This document shows, in pieces, positions 10,513-18,321 of a stretch of 64,000 nucleotides of DNA. The stretch is from the IMG/VR virus record IMGVR_UViG_3300027917_004314. One strand, written 5' to 3'. Below the pieces are notes generated by a model. The model made no database searches. It was not told the DNA's origin and saw only the letters and a list, made by a program, of their open reading frames with translations. Position 1 is the stretch's first letter. Every line of letters begins with the position of its first letter. This stretch comes from a virus (taxonomy: Duplodnaviria > Caudoviricetes). Both the position numbers and the translations under genes were made by a program.

Positions 10513-11217
10513 ATGAATATTTCGCAGACGTATTTCGGTCACGAAGCAAAGACCTCGCCGACTACCGATAAAGAAAAGATACAAATATTTAAGAGGCATT
10601 TGGAAAGAATAAAGACGACATCTATTAAAGCCTTCACAGAGTTTGCTATCATAAGGTTGCCAGAATATTTCTGGACGCTTCCTGCCTCCACCACCAATCT
10701 TAATCATGCTGCAGGTGAAAGTTTAATTGACCATGTTATGGGTTGTTTATATATTTCACGACAAGTGTGCGACGCCCAATTTAAAGACCATTGGACTCAA
10801 AGACAAAAGGACCAACTTGTATCTGCGCTTATCCTACATGACGGTTGGCGGTGTGGCATAGAAGGTAGTGAGTACCGTATTACGCAAGAAATGATAGATG
10901 AGAAAAGCATAGATCAAAAATTGCTCGGGGCCTTAAAAACTACTCCCGAGCACCCAGAAATAGGATATCGTCAATTACTTCTACTTGTACAGGAGTTCAA
11001 TCAGAAAAGTGGAGAAACAGGCGGGATTAGTTCTAGGAATGTATCGATGATTTTAAAAGCCGTAAGGTATCACTATGGGCCGTGGATGGAAGTAAAACAT
11101 AAGCCGTTTTCGTTATCGTGGCCATATGATTCGGTGGTGATGCAGGTGCATAATATAGACTTTCATCAGTGCCATAACATGATTTATATTACAAGAGGAG
11201 ACCAAGACCATGGATAG
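10513..11217 (+). CDS. HD-domain phosphohydrolase
   Basis: H...H...LILHD...H...HYGPW...HNID pattern. Confidence 0.7.
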   Translation: MNISQTYFGHEAKTSPTTDKEKIQIFKRHLERIKTTSIKAFTEFAIIRLPEYFWTLPASTTNLNHAAGESLIDHVMGCLYISRQVCDAQFKDHWTQRQKDQLVSALILHDGWRCGIEGSEYRITQEMIDEKSIDQKLLGALKTTPEHPEIGYRQLLLLVQEFNQKSGETGGISSRNVSMILKAVRYHYGPWMEVKHKPFSLSWPYDSVVMQVHNIDFHQCHNMIYITRGDQDHG

Positions 11218-11665
11218 TCCATTTCATGCGGTTATCAAAGTAAAAAAGAATAATCCAAAAGCAAAGATTCCTGAGTACGAGACTATCGGAGCAGTTGGCA
11301 TGGACGTGTCTGCGTGCATAGATGAACCCCTGGTTATATATCCTGGTTGTCACGCCATAGTGGACACCGGTTTGCAAGTAGAGGTGCCCATGGGATTTGA
11401 ACTACAAGTTCGTCCTCGATCTGGACTAGCAGCAAAAAATTGTATTACTGTACTAAACTCTCCAGGAACCATAGACCAAGATTTTCGTGGTAATCTTATG
11501 ATTATACTTATTAATCTTGGGTCTCGGTCATTTACTGTAGAGTCAGGAGACAGAATCGCGCAACTAGTATTATCTCCAGTTACACGTGCATTAATCATGA
11601 CAGTTGGCGAGCTAGATGATACTAAGCGTGGAGAAGGCGGGCTTGGGTCTACAGGAGTAAAATAA
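11210..11665 (+). CDS. dut: Trimeric dUTPase
   Basis: AVGMD, RPRSGLA, NSPGTIDQDFRG, GDRIAQL, RGEGGLGSTG. Confidence 0.95.
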   Translation: MDSPFHAVIKVKKNNPKAKIPEYETIGAVGMDVSACIDEPLVIYPGCHAIVDTGLQVEVPMGFELQVRPRSGLAAKNCITVLNSPGTIDQDFRGNLMIILINLGSRSFTVESGDRIAQLVLSPVTRALIMTVGELDDTKRGEGGLGSTGVK

Positions 11666-11667
11666 TA

Positions 11668-11937
11668 ATGTTAGGTACAAGAGTATTAGGTAGAATGATA
11701 TTAGGTGGAACAATGTTAGAAAAAAAACGGATCATCCCGCGCGACGAATTTGTAGTAAATGTAGATGGTATGGAATGTCATGCAACTACTAGAAATAATT
11801 GGTTGTTTGCCAGTGAATTTCATGAGATTACAGAGGAAGATTTAAAGGCTTTAAAGAACGGCGATTGCTTGGCTTTGAACATTGACAATGAATTTGTATG
11901 TTTTATTATGCTAAAAGAGGTGGCGAATGAAGATTAG
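11668..11937 (+). CDS. Hypothetical protein (start may be 11713)
   Basis: ORF in the operon; no motif. Confidence 0.55.
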   Translation: MLGTRVLGRMILGGTMLEKKRIIPRDEFVVNVDGMECHATTRNNWLFASEFHEITEEDLKALKNGDCLALNIDNEFVCFIMLKEVANED

Positions 11938-12496
11938 AACAGGATTCGTTAGTAATAGCAGCTCATCGAGCTATACTTGTAATGTATGTGGTTTCAGCGA
12001 GCATTTGTGGCAAGCCCCAGAGGGATTTAAATATTGCGTAGCAGGTCACGGATTGTGCGAGAAGTGCTATGAAATAAGTGATTCACTAGCAGAGGAATTA
12101 TCTAAACTTTCGTCGGAGGAAGTCTTAACAAGGCTTGGATTTGATATTAAATATCATCCAGATTTACTAGAGCAGCTTAAAAGTTGTAACAATGACCACG
12201 ATATTATACGTGATTTACTTAGCGAGGACGAATTGATAGAAGAACTCTGTCCAGTCTGCCAACTGGAAGTCATTACAGACGCAGATATGAAGAGATATCT
12301 CATAAAAATATCTGGCATAAAGCCAGAAACGGTTTTTGCACATGTGAAATCACAAAACAAGAGAAGGAAAAAGTTATATGATCATGAGTATGTGACGTAT
12401 GTTTGCAACAAGTTGGCTAAAAACACTATAGAGTTGGCAAAAGAGATCACGACAAAATTTGAAGATTATAGTTCATTTAAAGGATTTATAAGATGA
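11927..12496 (+). CDS. MKIR-FVSNSSSSS family protein 1, Cys/His Zn-finger type
   Basis: N-terminus MKIRTGFVSNSSSSSY; CNVC, C..GH..CEKC, CPVC. Confidence 0.85.
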   Translation: MKIRTGFVSNSSSSSYTCNVCGFSEHLWQAPEGFKYCVAGHGLCEKCYEISDSLAEELSKLSSEEVLTRLGFDIKYHPDLLEQLKSCNNDHDIIRDLLSEDELIEELCPVCQLEVITDADMKRYLIKISGIKPETVFAHVKSQNKRRKKLYDHEYVTYVCNKLAKNTIELAKEITTKFEDYSSFKGFIR

Positions 12497-12879
12497 AGTT
12501 TCGATCTGGATTCGTTAGTAATAGTAGTTCTTCCAGTTTTGTTGTGGTAGGGTGGAAGACAAAAGATCCCAACGGTTGCATCACAGCCTTAGCCAAAGCA
12601 TATCTTAACGAGGAAGCCCAAAAAAAGGTGAATGACGCCTTAGAAGAGGGAGATCCGTACGATGCTGCATATATCATTGGGCGTGATACAGACATGAATA
12701 AATTTGACGTAATTCATTTAGAAGAAGAGCATGAGTATTTGATTGGAGCAGTGATTCCCATACCTGAAGATAACTTACAAGAAATAGATAATGCAGACGT
12801 AGAGAAAGTAATCGGTAATATGCTACAAGTCCTGATGTGGGACATGCCGAAAACATATGCTGGAACTATATACAGCTAG
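12493..12879 (+). CDS. MKIR-FVSNSSSSS family protein 2
   Basis: N-terminus MKFRSGFVSNSSSSSF. Confidence 0.85.
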   Translation: MKFRSGFVSNSSSSSFVVVGWKTKDPNGCITALAKAYLNEEAQKKVNDALEEGDPYDAAYIIGRDTDMNKFDVIHLEEEHEYLIGAVIPIPEDNLQEIDNADVEKVIGNMLQVLMWDMPKTYAGTIYS

Positions 12880-12889
12880 GGATAGAAAA

Positions 12890-13369
12890 ATGAAAATAAG
12901 AGACAGTTTTGTTAGCAATAGTAGTTCAACTAGTTACATCATCAAAATACATAAAGAAAAATCTAAGAAATGCCCAACATGTGGCCGTGGTAATGACCTT
13001 GACTTGTTGGAAATTATTAGGAATGGCGACCACCTCGATAGTAAAATTGGTTACGACACAAAGGAAGACTACATGAGAGAACTAGAATTCCAGATGCGTA
13101 GGGTGAAAAAAGATATCGAAGAGTTCGCAGCGCTTGAGCCAAACGAGGTGCCTGAACGATTTAGACGTAGTGCGGCTTCTGCTAAGGAGCTTTTAGAATG
13201 GTCGCATCGGGAATTAAAAGAATTGAGGGATGAGTATGATCAAGTCGCTGCAATTGAAGGTGAAGTGGTTGCGGTCGACATAGGCTATCATGATGAAATC
13301 GTGAAGTATGCTTTCGAAGCCGGACAGAAGGATGGAAGCATCGAAATTATATCGAGTATGGTGTTTTAA
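12890..13369 (+). CDS. MKIR-FVSNSSSSS family protein 3
   Basis: N-terminus MKIRDSFVSNSSSTSY; CPTC; start moved to the motif Met. Confidence 0.85.
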   Translation: MKIRDSFVSNSSSTSYIIKIHKEKSKKCPTCGRGNDLDLLEIIRNGDHLDSKIGYDTKEDYMRELEFQMRRVKKDIEEFAALEPNEVPERFRRSAASAKELLEWSHRELKELRDEYDQVAAIEGEVVAVDIGYHDEIVKYAFEAGQKDGSIEIISSMVF

Positions 13370-13370
13370 G

Positions 13371-13805
13371 ATGAAGATAAGACAAGGATTTGTTAGTAAT
13401 AGTAGCACATCGAGTTTTGTGTGTGCTGCGTGTGGCGGCTTAGAAGCTGGCAGGGATATGTGTATTAATGACTTTGAAATGTTTTGTTGTGAAAACCACC
13501 ATTATATACATGAATCGTGTGCCGGATGGCCAAATCTGGAGCCTCCAGAAGAGTATGTGAGAAGCTATATGGAAAAATATCACTCTGGCGATAATATCAC
13601 AGAGGAACAACTCGCGGATTTGAAGTACGAGTATCTCTACGAAATACCACATATGTTGTGTCCAGTATGCAACTTTAAAAAACTGTCCGCTAAAGATGAA
13701 TTAGCATATTATAGATATAAACTAGGCACCACGAAAGAAAAAACTCTTGAAGAAATTTCCAAGGAATTTGTACATTATAAGGATTTTTGCAGCAAGATCT
13801 ACTAA
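13371..13805 (+). CDS. MKIR-FVSNSSSSS family protein 4, Cys/His Zn-finger type
   Basis: N-terminus MKIRQGFVSNSSTSSF; CAAC, CC..HH..HESC, CPVC; similar to protein 1 along its length. Confidence 0.85.
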   Translation: MKIRQGFVSNSSTSSFVCAACGGLEAGRDMCINDFEMFCCENHHYIHESCAGWPNLEPPEEYVRSYMEKYHSGDNITEEQLADLKYEYLYEIPHMLCPVCNFKKLSAKDELAYYRYKLGTTKEKTLEEISKEFVHYKDFCSKIY

Positions 13806-13980
13806 TAATATAGCATTATGATGTATACCTTTTGGGATCTGTCCGCGAGCTTGGCTTTTGGGACTTCTTAGATCTACGAGGTGGCATCGGACTGAAGTAA
13901 ATAGGTTTATGTTTGGGGAACTCGTCCATTTCCGCACGAAACTAGAATAAACGCCATTTTGTGGAAATAAGGAGAAAACA

Positions 13981-15429
13981 ATGAAGTTATCAGCTAAACT
14001 TGCAAAGAAGAAGTACGACCATAATAAAGACAGTGAAACTCACCTATTAGTAGAGTTAGAGGCACCGAAAGTAGAATGGGACAAAGACCGTGCCCCGATA
14101 TGCATAGTTCCTGTTCTTGATGTAAGCGGTTCTATGAGGGGTCAAAAACTCGACTATCTACGAAAAGCTTGTCGTAAACTTGTAGATCACCTCTCCCCAG
14201 GCGACTTAATTGGAATGGTTGCTTATGACACCGAGGTCTACGAAGTCGCTTCAATTAAAGAAATCACTCAGGAACACAAGAATCACCTTAAAAAGGAAAT
14301 ACTCAAATTGAGTGCTGGCTCATGCACCAACATGTCAGGAGGCATGGCCCGTGCACTGCAATGGATCAACGAAGCAAATCTCAGTAAAGAAGTAATTTTA
14401 AGAGTTGTCGTGTTTACTGACGGCATGGCCAATGTTGGTGTTACCTCGCGGGCTTTGCTAGATTTTACTAAAGAACTAAAAGGCAAGGCCACGGTTTCTG
14501 CCTTTGGGTTTGGAAATGATTGTGATCAAGAATTGCTGGCAGATATCGCTAACATAGGGGATGGCAATTACGCATTTATTGATTCGCCAGATGCGGCTAT
14601 GACTGCATTTGCAAGAGAACTCGGCGGATTGATGTCTACCTATGGGCAAGAACTGAAAGTTACAATTAAACCAGATAAAAACAATGAGGTGCTAGAGATT
14701 CTCAACGACGAAGACGTCACTGAGGATGAGGGTGTAACGTGTGTACATATCCGAGATATCCTTGGAGAAGAAAAGAAATGGGTAGTAGCTAAAGTCAAAC
14801 TAAATGAGGTTGAGAAGCCATTGCCCAGGAATGTTAGTGCATTTAAAATAGGACTAAGTTTCCGCAATAAAGATGGGGAAATACAGACGCTTGATGATAC
14901 AGCGGTTAAGGTGCAGTTTTGCAAACCTGGCGAGGAGCCGGAAAACGAAGACAAGGACGTTGAGTATCAAAGAGATTGCTTATTGGCAGCTCACGCACAA
15001 GACCAAGCAGAAATGTATGCCAGGAAAGGAAATTTCGCACAGGCGAGACTTACTCTCGAGAATTGTAGTGCTAATCTATCTAACAGTGGTATTAAAAGTC
15101 TCGTTAACGATATGAGTTGGAACTATGCCGATTCCGGTACATATGGTTCCACTAGAGGTGTAACTAATGCTGTACGACATAGCCTTAAGAAAAAGAGGCT
15201 ATCATATACGTCAGCTGGCGCTCAGACCATGTGTAGCACTGCAGGAGCACAAAGTACTGAAACAATAGATAAATTCGAACAGCTTTTTACTTCTGACGAT
15301 GGTGATGTAGAAGACGACACATCCTCGTCCGACTCAACTGGCACGACTGATGGCACGTCAGACGTAGTTAGTTGGACTACAGATGACGGAAGTAGCACTA
15401 CGAAGAAGCGTAGTAACACGGATTGGTAA
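13981..15429 (+). CDS. von Willebrand factor A domain protein with a Ser/Thr/Asp-rich tail
   Basis: MIDAS DVSGSM, TNMSGG, FTDG.ANVG, FGFG; AAGGAG RBS. Confidence 0.88.
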   Translation: MKLSAKLAKKKYDHNKDSETHLLVELEAPKVEWDKDRAPICIVPVLDVSGSMRGQKLDYLRKACRKLVDHLSPGDLIGMVAYDTEVYEVASIKEITQEHKNHLKKEILKLSAGSCTNMSGGMARALQWINEANLSKEVILRVVVFTDGMANVGVTSRALLDFTKELKGKATVSAFGFGNDCDQELLADIANIGDGNYAFIDSPDAAMTAFARELGGLMSTYGQELKVTIKPDKNNEVLEILNDEDVTEDEGVTCVHIRDILGEEKKWVVAKVKLNEVEKPLPRNVSAFKIGLSFRNKDGEIQTLDDTAVKVQFCKPGEEPENEDKDVEYQRDCLLAAHAQDQAEMYARKGNFAQARLTLENCSANLSNSGIKSLVNDMSWNYADSGTYGSTRGVTNAVRHSLKKKRLSYTSAGAQTMCSTAGAQSTETIDKFEQLFTSDDGDVEDDTSSSDSTGTTDGTSDVVSWTTDDGSSTTKKRSNTDW

Positions 15430-15440
15430 GGGGGGTGATT

Positions 15441-15644
15441 ATGTATATTTGTAATCATTCGTACAACTGTAATTGTTGTTGTCATTGTTGTTCTTTTCAT
15501 TGGGACTGGTATTTCTGTACACGTTGTCATAGCTGGGTCCGTTACGGACACACTCACAAGCCAATTAAGATTGTACTGCCAGTTGAAATAAAACTGTTAC
15601 CTAGAAAAACAGTAGCAAAATCAAGGAGTAATGACGACTGGTAA
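15441..15644 (+). CDS. Small Cys/His-rich protein (67 aa)
   Basis: GGGGGTG RBS; 9 Cys and 6 His in the first 39 aa. Confidence 0.6.
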   Translation: MYICNHSYNCNCCCHCCSFHWDWYFCTRCHSWVRYGHTHKPIKIVLPVEIKLLPRKTVAKSRSNDDW

Positions 15645-15650
15645 TACATG

Positions 15651-15690
15651 TGGCCCCTGACTCTATGTTTAAGCATGGGGTTAGGGGCCA
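15651..15690 (+). promoter_or_regulatory. Long RNA hairpin (18-bp stem with 4 G-U pairs, UUAA loop)
   Basis: TGGCCCCTGACTCTATGT / GCATGGGGTTAGGGGCCA pair continuously when G-U is allowed. Confidence 0.7.
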
Positions 15691-15705
15691 TTACTACTAA
15701 TTATT

Positions 15706-15945
15706 ATGAGTAATGACATGAACTATCGGATGTTTTTGCTCAAATTGGCAGATCAGCTTGATGAGGAAGGGAAATTTCAGAAAGCTGACATTGTTGATAA
15801 GGACTTTGAGGAATTCCTGCGTCTCCTCGAAGAAGGGAAATTAGACTTCGACTTTACATACAGTGGTGGAAGTCGTGATCCTAGAGGTCCGTATAGTAGC
15901 AGGGGCCGTGAGCTTCCAGCTGTAGGGGTGCCGGGGCCGCAGTAA
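15706..15945 (+). CDS. Hypothetical protein carrying the LAxxLDxxG...ADxxD helical motif
   Basis: LLKLADQLDEEGKFQKADIVD. Confidence 0.7.
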   Translation: MSNDMNYRMFLLKLADQLDEEGKFQKADIVDKDFEEFLRLLEEGKLDFDFTYSGGSRDPRGPYSSRGRELPAVGVPGPQ

Positions 15946-15959
15946 GAGGCAAGAACTAT

Positions 15960-16574
15960 ATGAAATTATTCTCTTTTTTAAAGAAAAGAGATGTTCAGGT
16001 ATTTCCTTCCAAGAAGTTAGAAAAAGTAGCTAACAGCGTTGTCAGATTTTTAGAAAAAACTCCCTACCATTCTTTTCCGATTTCCAAATTTGTGGGTTGT
16101 GGTGTATATGCTCTATACTATCGCGGCGATTTGGAAATCTATAAAAATCTGACAAATAGTCAATGCAAACCAATATATGTAGGTAAAGCTGTGCCAAAAG
16201 GCTGGCGCAGTGGTAGGACATCTGTGGAGAAAAAACCTACAAATCTATGGAAAAGAATACAAGAACATTCTAATAGCATCTCTCAAGCAAGTAATCTTCA
16301 TTTATCAGAGTTTGAGTGTAAATACATCATCTTGGACACTGATTTGATAGCATTTGCTGAAGCAAAACTTATCAGAACTTATAAGCCCATATGGAACTGC
16401 GTCGTGGACGGCTTTGGAAATCACCATCCTGGCACTACTAGATTTACGCAGGCGAAGCCGGACTGGGATGTGTTGCATCCAGGACGTCCATGGGCTGCTA
16501 AGATGACTGGGGCATCATCTACTAGTGAACAAATTATAGAAAAGATAGGAGGATTTTTAGATGAAAACCAATGA
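15960..16574 (+). CDS. Eco29kI/Cfr42I-family GIY-YIG endonuclease
   Basis: GVYALYY, PIYVGKA, R..EH..SI, E..LI..YKPIWN..VDGFGNH.PG..R..Q....WD.LHPGR.WA. Confidence 0.85.
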   Translation: MKLFSFLKKRDVQVFPSKKLEKVANSVVRFLEKTPYHSFPISKFVGCGVYALYYRGDLEIYKNLTNSQCKPIYVGKAVPKGWRSGRTSVEKKPTNLWKRIQEHSNSISQASNLHLSEFECKYIILDTDLIAFAEAKLIRTYKPIWNCVVDGFGNHHPGTTRFTQAKPDWDVLHPGRPWAAKMTGASSTSEQIIEKIGGFLDENQ

Positions 16575-16797
16575 GGCTATAGCCGAAATTGTTGAAACAT
16601 TGGACGGATTCACAAGGTCTATGAGACAAAGACAAGAGTGGCTAGAGTGGGCGCGAGGGAAGCGCCTCGACAGTGCCGAAGCTATGATAAATCATACAGT
16701 CTTAATTGTTAAGGAAGAAGCGGAAGTATTTATGATGTCTAGCATTATTACGGCAATTAGACAAATTGTAGAGAGAATTGATAAAGAGGAAGGATGA
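16561..16797 (+). CDS. Hypothetical protein
   Basis: GGAGG RBS; coupled ORF. Confidence 0.65.
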   Translation: MKTNEAIAEIVETLDGFTRSMRQRQEWLEWARGKRLDSAEAMINHTVLIVKEEAEVFMMSSIITAIRQIVERIDKEEG

Positions 16798-17540
16798 AAA
16801 TATATGTAGATGAGGTTGGGTGTGCCAGCATAGCTGGGCCCGTATTGGTGTGTGCAGTGGCACCCAAATTAATTAAGCCGGTAAAAGGAGTGGCGGATTC
16901 TAAGCAGTTGAGCAAGAAGAAAAGGGAAGAACTATATCCGTTGCTTAAGAAAATACCCCACTCGTTTGCCACTTCTTCACCTGGTCGAATTGAAGAGATT
17001 AATATCCATTGGGCAAAGTATGAGGCGATGCGGAAGGCGGTTGAATCTCTGATGCGCAAATGTTCCGTTGGGGCGGAACAAGTAACGAAAGTTATAATAG
17101 ATGGTCCATTTGAAATACCAGGCTTAAATTTACCACAAGAGCCAGTTGTCAAAGCCGACGCAAAGATTTGGCAGGTAGGCGCCGCTTCTATATTGGCAAA
17201 GGTGAAGCGTGATAGGATGATGGCTAAATTTGCTGAAGAAGAGAAATATAGCCATTACGATTGGGAAAATAATGCTGGATATTATACGCCAAAGCACAGA
17301 ATGGGCATAATACTTCATGGGCCAACGGATTTACACCGCAGGAAATACGAGTATTTTAAATATTGTTTATCTCGCCACAAGAAGTATAAAGAATTTATTA
17401 AGAATGGCCAGACCGCCGACGACTATTTTGAATGGGAGATAGAACAGGCCGCTGGATCGAAAAAATCCGATTATATGATGTGGAAAGAAGCCAAGGAAAA
17501 TAGGTGGAAACAAATACCTTTTAAACTGGATAAAAAGTGA
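16794..17540 (+). CDS. rnhB: Ribonuclease HII
   Basis: VDEVG...AGP, DSKQLS, IIDG, VKADAK, AASILAKVKRD, NNAGY.T..H. Confidence 0.92.
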   Translation: MKIYVDEVGCASIAGPVLVCAVAPKLIKPVKGVADSKQLSKKKREELYPLLKKIPHSFATSSPGRIEEINIHWAKYEAMRKAVESLMRKCSVGAEQVTKVIIDGPFEIPGLNLPQEPVVKADAKIWQVGAASILAKVKRDRMMAKFAEEEKYSHYDWENNAGYYTPKHRMGIILHGPTDLHRRKYEYFKYCLSRHKKYKEFIKNGQTADDYFEWEIEQAAGSKKSDYMMWKEAKENRWKQIPFKLDKK

Positions 17541-17549
17541 ACTAATAAG

Positions 17550-17780
17550 ATGAAAGATGAAAAGTTGCCCGAGAAGTTAGAATTAGCCAATGCGGAGATC
17601 AAAAGATTGCAGAAACTGCTAGGCGTTCCGTTTCCGCCGAGAGATGTCATAAAGAAATTAGTCGAGGCGGCCGAACATCTTCTCCATGATCATAATTGTG
17701 ACGCTCATGGATATGAAGAGACCATGCAAGCCGTAGCCGTTGCTAAGAAATGGTTGAATAAAAGGAGTAATGTCTTATGA
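17550..17780 (+). CDS. Hypothetical protein
   Basis: ORF in the operon. Confidence 0.6.
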   Translation: MKDEKLPEKLELANAEIKRLQKLLGVPFPPRDVIKKLVEAAEHLLHDHNCDAHGYEETMQAVAVAKKWLNKRSNVL

Positions 17781-18145
17781 AAATTAGGCTTAGTTTTGTA
17801 AGTAACAGTTCAAGTAGTTCATTTGTAATTGTAATACCCAATAACTTTGATGTTGATAAAATTACAAATGAAGAAATTGACAGGTCTTATTGGGAAAGTA
17901 AGAAATATATATTAGACGATGGGTCCATTAATTATGACAGGATTAAGAAAGGCCTTGGATGTGCTATTGTACAAGGTGGTTTGTACAACGAAGATAATTA
18001 TGAACTTTATGAGTTTGCTATAGATTTGCTGCGCAAATATTCTATTATTTGTTTTAATACCGGGCCAGATTGTGGTGAGATTGCTTTCGTCAAACAATCA
18101 GATCTCGAACGTAGCCTTAAGGAATTCAACGAGGAAAGTGGATGA
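17777..18145 (+). CDS. MKIR-FVSNSSSSS family protein 5
   Basis: N-terminus MKIRLSFVSNSSSSSF. Confidence 0.85.
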   Translation: MKIRLSFVSNSSSSSFVIVIPNNFDVDKITNEEIDRSYWESKKYILDDGSINYDRIKKGLGCAIVQGGLYNEDNYELYEFAIDLLRKYSIICFNTGPDCGEIAFVKQSDLERSLKEFNEESG

Positions 18146-18321
18146 AATGCCCTATTTGTGGCAGTCTCGAAATAGTGGGAAAGTATTTTCCGTTTTGTTC
18201 AGAACGCTGCCAATTAATAGATCTATACTCGTGGTTTAACGGAGATTACGGTTTTTACGAACCGGTTCCAATACCAAATGTAGAGGACGATGACGATTCA
18301 GATCCTTCTTGGGGGAATTAA
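18142..18321 (+). CDS. yacG: YacG-like DNA gyrase inhibitor (59 aa; absent from the ORF track)
   Basis: Hand translation MKCPICGSLEIVGKYFPFCSERCQLIDLYSWFNGDYGFYEPVPIPNVEDDDDSDPSWGN; CPxC...PFCSxRCQLIDLxxW is the YacG signature; ATGA overlap upstream, TAATG overlap with gyrB. Confidence 0.85.
   Translation: MKCPICGSLEIVGKYFPFCSERCQLIDLYSWFNGDYGFYEPVPIPNVEDDDDSDPSWGN

Noticed and set aside
7369-11665. Uracil-substituted genome
   Set aside because: Encoding both a UDG and a dUTPase argues for excluding uracil from the DNA.
13888-13945. Hammerhead ribozyme (CTGAAG...CGAAAC)
   Set aside because: The core needs CUGANGA, but the sequence reads CUGAAGU, and the flanking stems do not fit.
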